This document shows, one piece after another, positions 47,367 to 51,126 of a stretch of 51,126 nucleotides of DNA (within the stretch, counting starts at the first letter, position 1; every line of letters starts with the position of its first letter). The stretch covers positions 1-51,126 of the forward strand of contig JAUCBJ010006863.1 in assembly GCA_032718475.1 (NCBI GenBank), written 5' to 3'. The position numbers and the translations under genes are program-made. This DNA is from Nemertoderma westbladi. Its lineage: Eukaryota > Animalia > Xenacoelomorpha. Under the pieces are notes generated by a model, which saw only the letters and a list, made by a program, of their open reading frames with translations, was not told the DNA's origin and did not search any database.

Positions 47367-47706
47367 TTTATTTGAAAAAGGCTCTTTTTCTCACTAATAT
47401 TTTTAAAATTAAGTTAATTAATCTAACTTTTTTTTAGTAATTTCCAGAAAATTTGTTAAAAAACGTCATTTTTTAACTAATTTTTTTGGAAAATTAGTTA
47501 AAAAAAAGTATCTTTTAAACTAATTTTAGCTTACTGTACAGCTAGCTCACACAATCTTTCCTCTGTACAGTACCGGTACCGAGGGCCGGTACTTGTACAC
47601 GGTAACCAAGTAGGCCTAGTACTGTCTGAATACTGGAATTGGTGATAGTGGATAGACCTGTCTCATCCTCAGATCCTACAGAATGGGGTACGTACTAAAA
47701 GGTAGA

Positions 47707-47790
47707 ACGATCTATAACGGGCTATAACGATCTATAACGGGCTATAATTTCCTATAAACAGGCTATAACCACCTATAACGAGTTATAATA
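47707..47790. repeat. Short degenerate tandem repeat (AACGATCTATAACGGGCTAT)
   Basis: Two perfect 20-bp units followed by degenerate CTATAAC units. Confidence 0.75.
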
Positions 47791-49659
47791 TGAAAATTTA
47801 CATTAAAAAAACGCCCCTTGGGTGTGTTTAACTTTTGGATTAACACGGTGGTCTGAAAAATCCCGCAGGTTAAAAATTAGGGTAGGCCTATCTGCCTATG
47901 CCTAATTGATACTGGTAAGTTTTTTTTATTGGCCTATATTGCTCACATTCCTGTATTATATATCGACCAGAAGCTGACAGCGGATAGCAGGATGGAGGAT
48001 AGACAGAGAGATGGGAGACCTCTCCTCTGCTGCACTGTCTGAAAGACAGATAATGCAGTAGTGGCATGCTAACTAATGCAGTAATGACTGGTTTCGTGAT
48101 ACCACAAAGATGAAAAGCATTATGGACTTGTAAAAGCTTTTGTGGGATAACTGATACGTTTGCCTTTGCTGGCCAGTTCCCCCCAGTCGCTAGAATACTC
48201 TCAAAGGGATTTATAACTAAAATAGTGCAAGCTACCAGCTTATTGGCTGATGTGCTGTACGGAGATATCTGGGCTCAGTTTAATCGGCCAACTAGCTTAG
48301 AGAGGTTGCCTTAGCCTTGCTGTTCGTGTCAGCCAATAGAATTTGCGTAGGCGTTGATTTCGACCTATCCCAGCACTACTGAACTGAATTTCCTATCTCA
48401 CTGCTCATCCTCTGTGTTGAACGGGGCTTCGTGGAATAAGAGTTTTTGGTATACTCGTATAGTAGTAGTAGTCACATGTTTCTGTTGTTGTGTTCCCATT
48501 TTTCGCCATAACACCGGCTTTTGGAACAACTCTAGTAAAACTGCTTAGATTATAGAAAGTATAACTGTTACCGGCGGTGTTACCTCACTTAATTTAACTG
48601 CACTAATCATATTGTTTGTACTGCTATTTACCGTCAGTTATTAATTGTATCTATTTGTTGATGGAAATATTGCTCTTTGGAGAATACGGATAAATCACCC
48701 AAAATTCCCAATTTTCTTGATACACTACAGGTTAGAGAGGCGGGCTATATATAACAATTGCGATTTATATCAATGTGGTGTGTATTGAATCTAATGTTAT
48801 TTAGTAGACACTACCTGAGTCAATTGCTGTTCTCTTTATGTGTGATCAAATATACTGACGGTCGGCAGAATAGTGTGTATGATTGTGAGTGTGATGTGAC
48901 TGGTAACAAAGCATTTCCTAAAGAATGCGACTTATACTTTAATCATAAGCCTTATCGTTGCGTTTAGTATAAGTCCTAGCTCTGTTTAAATAGATAGAGC
49001 GCCACGTCCTAAAGGAACTGTTAATATTTCCCGAAAGTTAATAATATCTGTCAGAAATTAATTATTAGTGATCTATCGAATAATACAATAGGTTTACACT
49101 GCAACCTTACACTGCAATAATAAAATCTAAGCATCCGAATTCAGCCTCCCGGGTGTAGATCCATCGGGTGAATGATCGCGCATGGGCTGGCTTCGGCTAA
49201 TGTTTTGTTTATTAGCATAAAATATTGTCGTATGCTAAAGGTGTGTTAATTAACTAAAAGACATATAAATTTTGGCAGGTTAAACTGCTAAAGGTCTTCA
49301 AAAGCGCGAACAGTAACAGTTATAATCTTATTGCAGTAGGCAATAGGGTTGCAAAATACCGTAGTGACTGGTAAAACTGAACCGGTGCTTCTGTAGGTCA
49401 GTAGGCCTAACTGTCATCACCGGTACCGGTACTGCTGTACAAGTACATTTAGTATTATTTCGATTGTGATCTATTGTATATTGTAGGCTGCCAGGGGAAT
49501 AGGGATTGATCACCCCTCATTCTTTTGTATAGTTTACTTATTTCTGTCGGTTTTATTTACTAGTAGGCTAATATTGAGCAGAAGGCGTGTGACCCTGCTC
49601 AGATTGTTCAGATAATTGTAGGCTGAGCTGCTGTCTGACTGTTGTTGAGTTTGGAGAGA

Positions 49660-50185
49660 TTGCGGCGTTTGTAGAGTTTGTCTGATAAAGTGCCGTTAGT
49701 AAGTTGGGGCAGCCATATGCTGCAAGGTCAATCCCCTCTTAAAGAATAAGTCGTACTACCGTGTTAGAACGCATACTAACTAACTATTTCAGAATCTGCA
49801 TATACTGTAGTTTATTTAGGCTTGATCGTAGTCTGCCAGCGTTTTGGCCTGTGTTTGTTTGTGTGGTCTGTTCAGGTACCGTAATAGTTATTACTCAAAT
49901 ATTTGTAGGCTGGATTGTTGTCTAGCTATTTTTAGGTCTGAAGGGATTGCTGCGTGTGTAGAGTTGGTCTGATAAAGTGCCGTTAGTAAGTTGGGGCAGC
50001 CATAAGCTGTAAGGTCAATCCCCTCTTAAAGAGTAAGTCGTACTACCGTGTTAGAACGCATACTAACTAACAGTTTCAGAATCTGCACATACTGTAGTTT
50101 GTTTAGGCTTGATAGTAGTTTGCCAGCGTTTGGTTTGTATTTGTTTGAGTATTCTGTACGGGTAGCGTAATATTTATTATTCAGA
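49660..50185. repeat. Tandem duplication with a ~287-bp period
   Basis: GTAGAGTT.GTCTGATAAAGTGCCGTTAGTAAGTTGGGGCAGCCATA... starts at 49671 and 49958 and stays similar for over 200 bp. Confidence 0.9.
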
Positions 50186-51126
50186 GTTTATGCGATTATT
50201 CGCAACATTCATGTCCCCAAGTTTATTCCTACAGTAATTGTGTTTGTTACACATACCGTTATAGTTAAACTAACCCCGGTACTACATCAGGGCTGCTCGG
50301 CGTAGGTAAAGACTGGTGACTTTGTGCTTCGGTCACTCCAGCAGATGCCGTGGTTCTTAACTGTTCAAGTATATTTAACTGCTGATTATTTGTTATACCA
50401 GTACTTGTACCTAATTTAGGGTTTAGTGTACAGTGCTTTCCGAAGTAATTAGTGTGTAGGCAGTATATTTGTGTTGTAAAGTGGTTAATAGGCACGCTGG
50501 ATCTGGTAGTCCGCGGTAATTAACTTCTAGGTAGGAACAATCCGTGATACATAACGTAGTACCTATAGCGATACGGTTATAGGTCGTCAGGCGGTGGTAT
50601 TTTCCTATCTGGACAACGCAGTGTATTTACTACTACTTATTATTTTCAAATACCGTAGTACCCTGTCCATTGTAATAACCAGAATTCTAACCCTTTGTTA
50701 GGCTGGTTTGTAGATTTCCTGTAAAATTACCCTAAAAATTCGTACGTAATATTTTGTTGTTGTGTTTAATTAGAGATTTAATCTCACTCGTATCGTAAGT
50801 AATTTGTAGATAAGTAACTTAGGCCAGTAGAATTATCTGTTTTAGTGTCTCAATAAGTAACACTTCACTGAGAGCGCACAGCTTCTGTGTAGTGACTCCC
50901 CCAGAAATAATAACATTTATTTCAAATATTGACAAAACCCATTTTAAATGGGTATATAAATATTATAAATCAACTCAAACGATTTATAAATAGTAGGCCT
51001 GCCATACAACAACTAGGTCTCAATATCAGTTGGACTACTGCTTAAATAACGGTAATAAAGTAAGTTAAAGTAACCAAGTAACCCTAAAATATTCAGAAAT
51101 TCAATTATTCTAAAATAATTGACATA

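Larger units (their letters stand above)
44867..47686. mobile_element. Foldback/MITE with ~330-bp inverted arms, hosting nested insertions
   Basis: 44867-44968 joined to 45959-46210 is the diverged reverse complement of 47367-47686. The termini are CCATTCTGTAGGAT and ATCCTACAGAATGG. Confidence 0.8.

Noticed and set aside
49143-49205. HDV-like ribozyme suggested by GGGCTGGCTTCGGCTAATG
   Set aside because: I could not build P1, P2 and P3 in the required order.

Overview
AT-rich, repeat-dense eukaryotic DNA, most likely a bilaterian marine invertebrate (inference from the TE types, CTCF-like motifs and protein similarity). It is not prokaryotic, and the long tandem arrays are satellites rather than CRISPR arrays. 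There are two intact, convergent host genes with uninterrupted coding sequences: a CTL2/SLC44A2-4-5-like choline transporter (29703-31865, +) and an SLC49A3/MFSD7-like MFS transporter (40933-42414, -). An intact single-ORF CR1-group LINE (18740-22237) carries a virus-like 2A/StopGo motif, a PHD finger, an APE endonuclease and an RT, and has a nearly identical 5'-truncated copy at 46.8-47.4 kb. The rest is TE debris: RTE, Gypsy, Harbinger and CR1/L2 remnants, several TIR/foldback elements, a tRNA-containing inverted-repeat element, and hammerhead-like remnants. Two satellites (22 bp over 2.3 kb; 48/34 bp over 9.5 kb) each appear to have grown out of the C-terminal coding region of a dead retrotransposon. 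The most notable signal is a Helentron-like non-autonomous family whose ~146-bp internal repeats each carry a canonical CTCF core motif. One copy places a 7-site co-oriented array just upstream of the SLC44 gene. All coordinates were read by eye and repeat boundaries are approximate.
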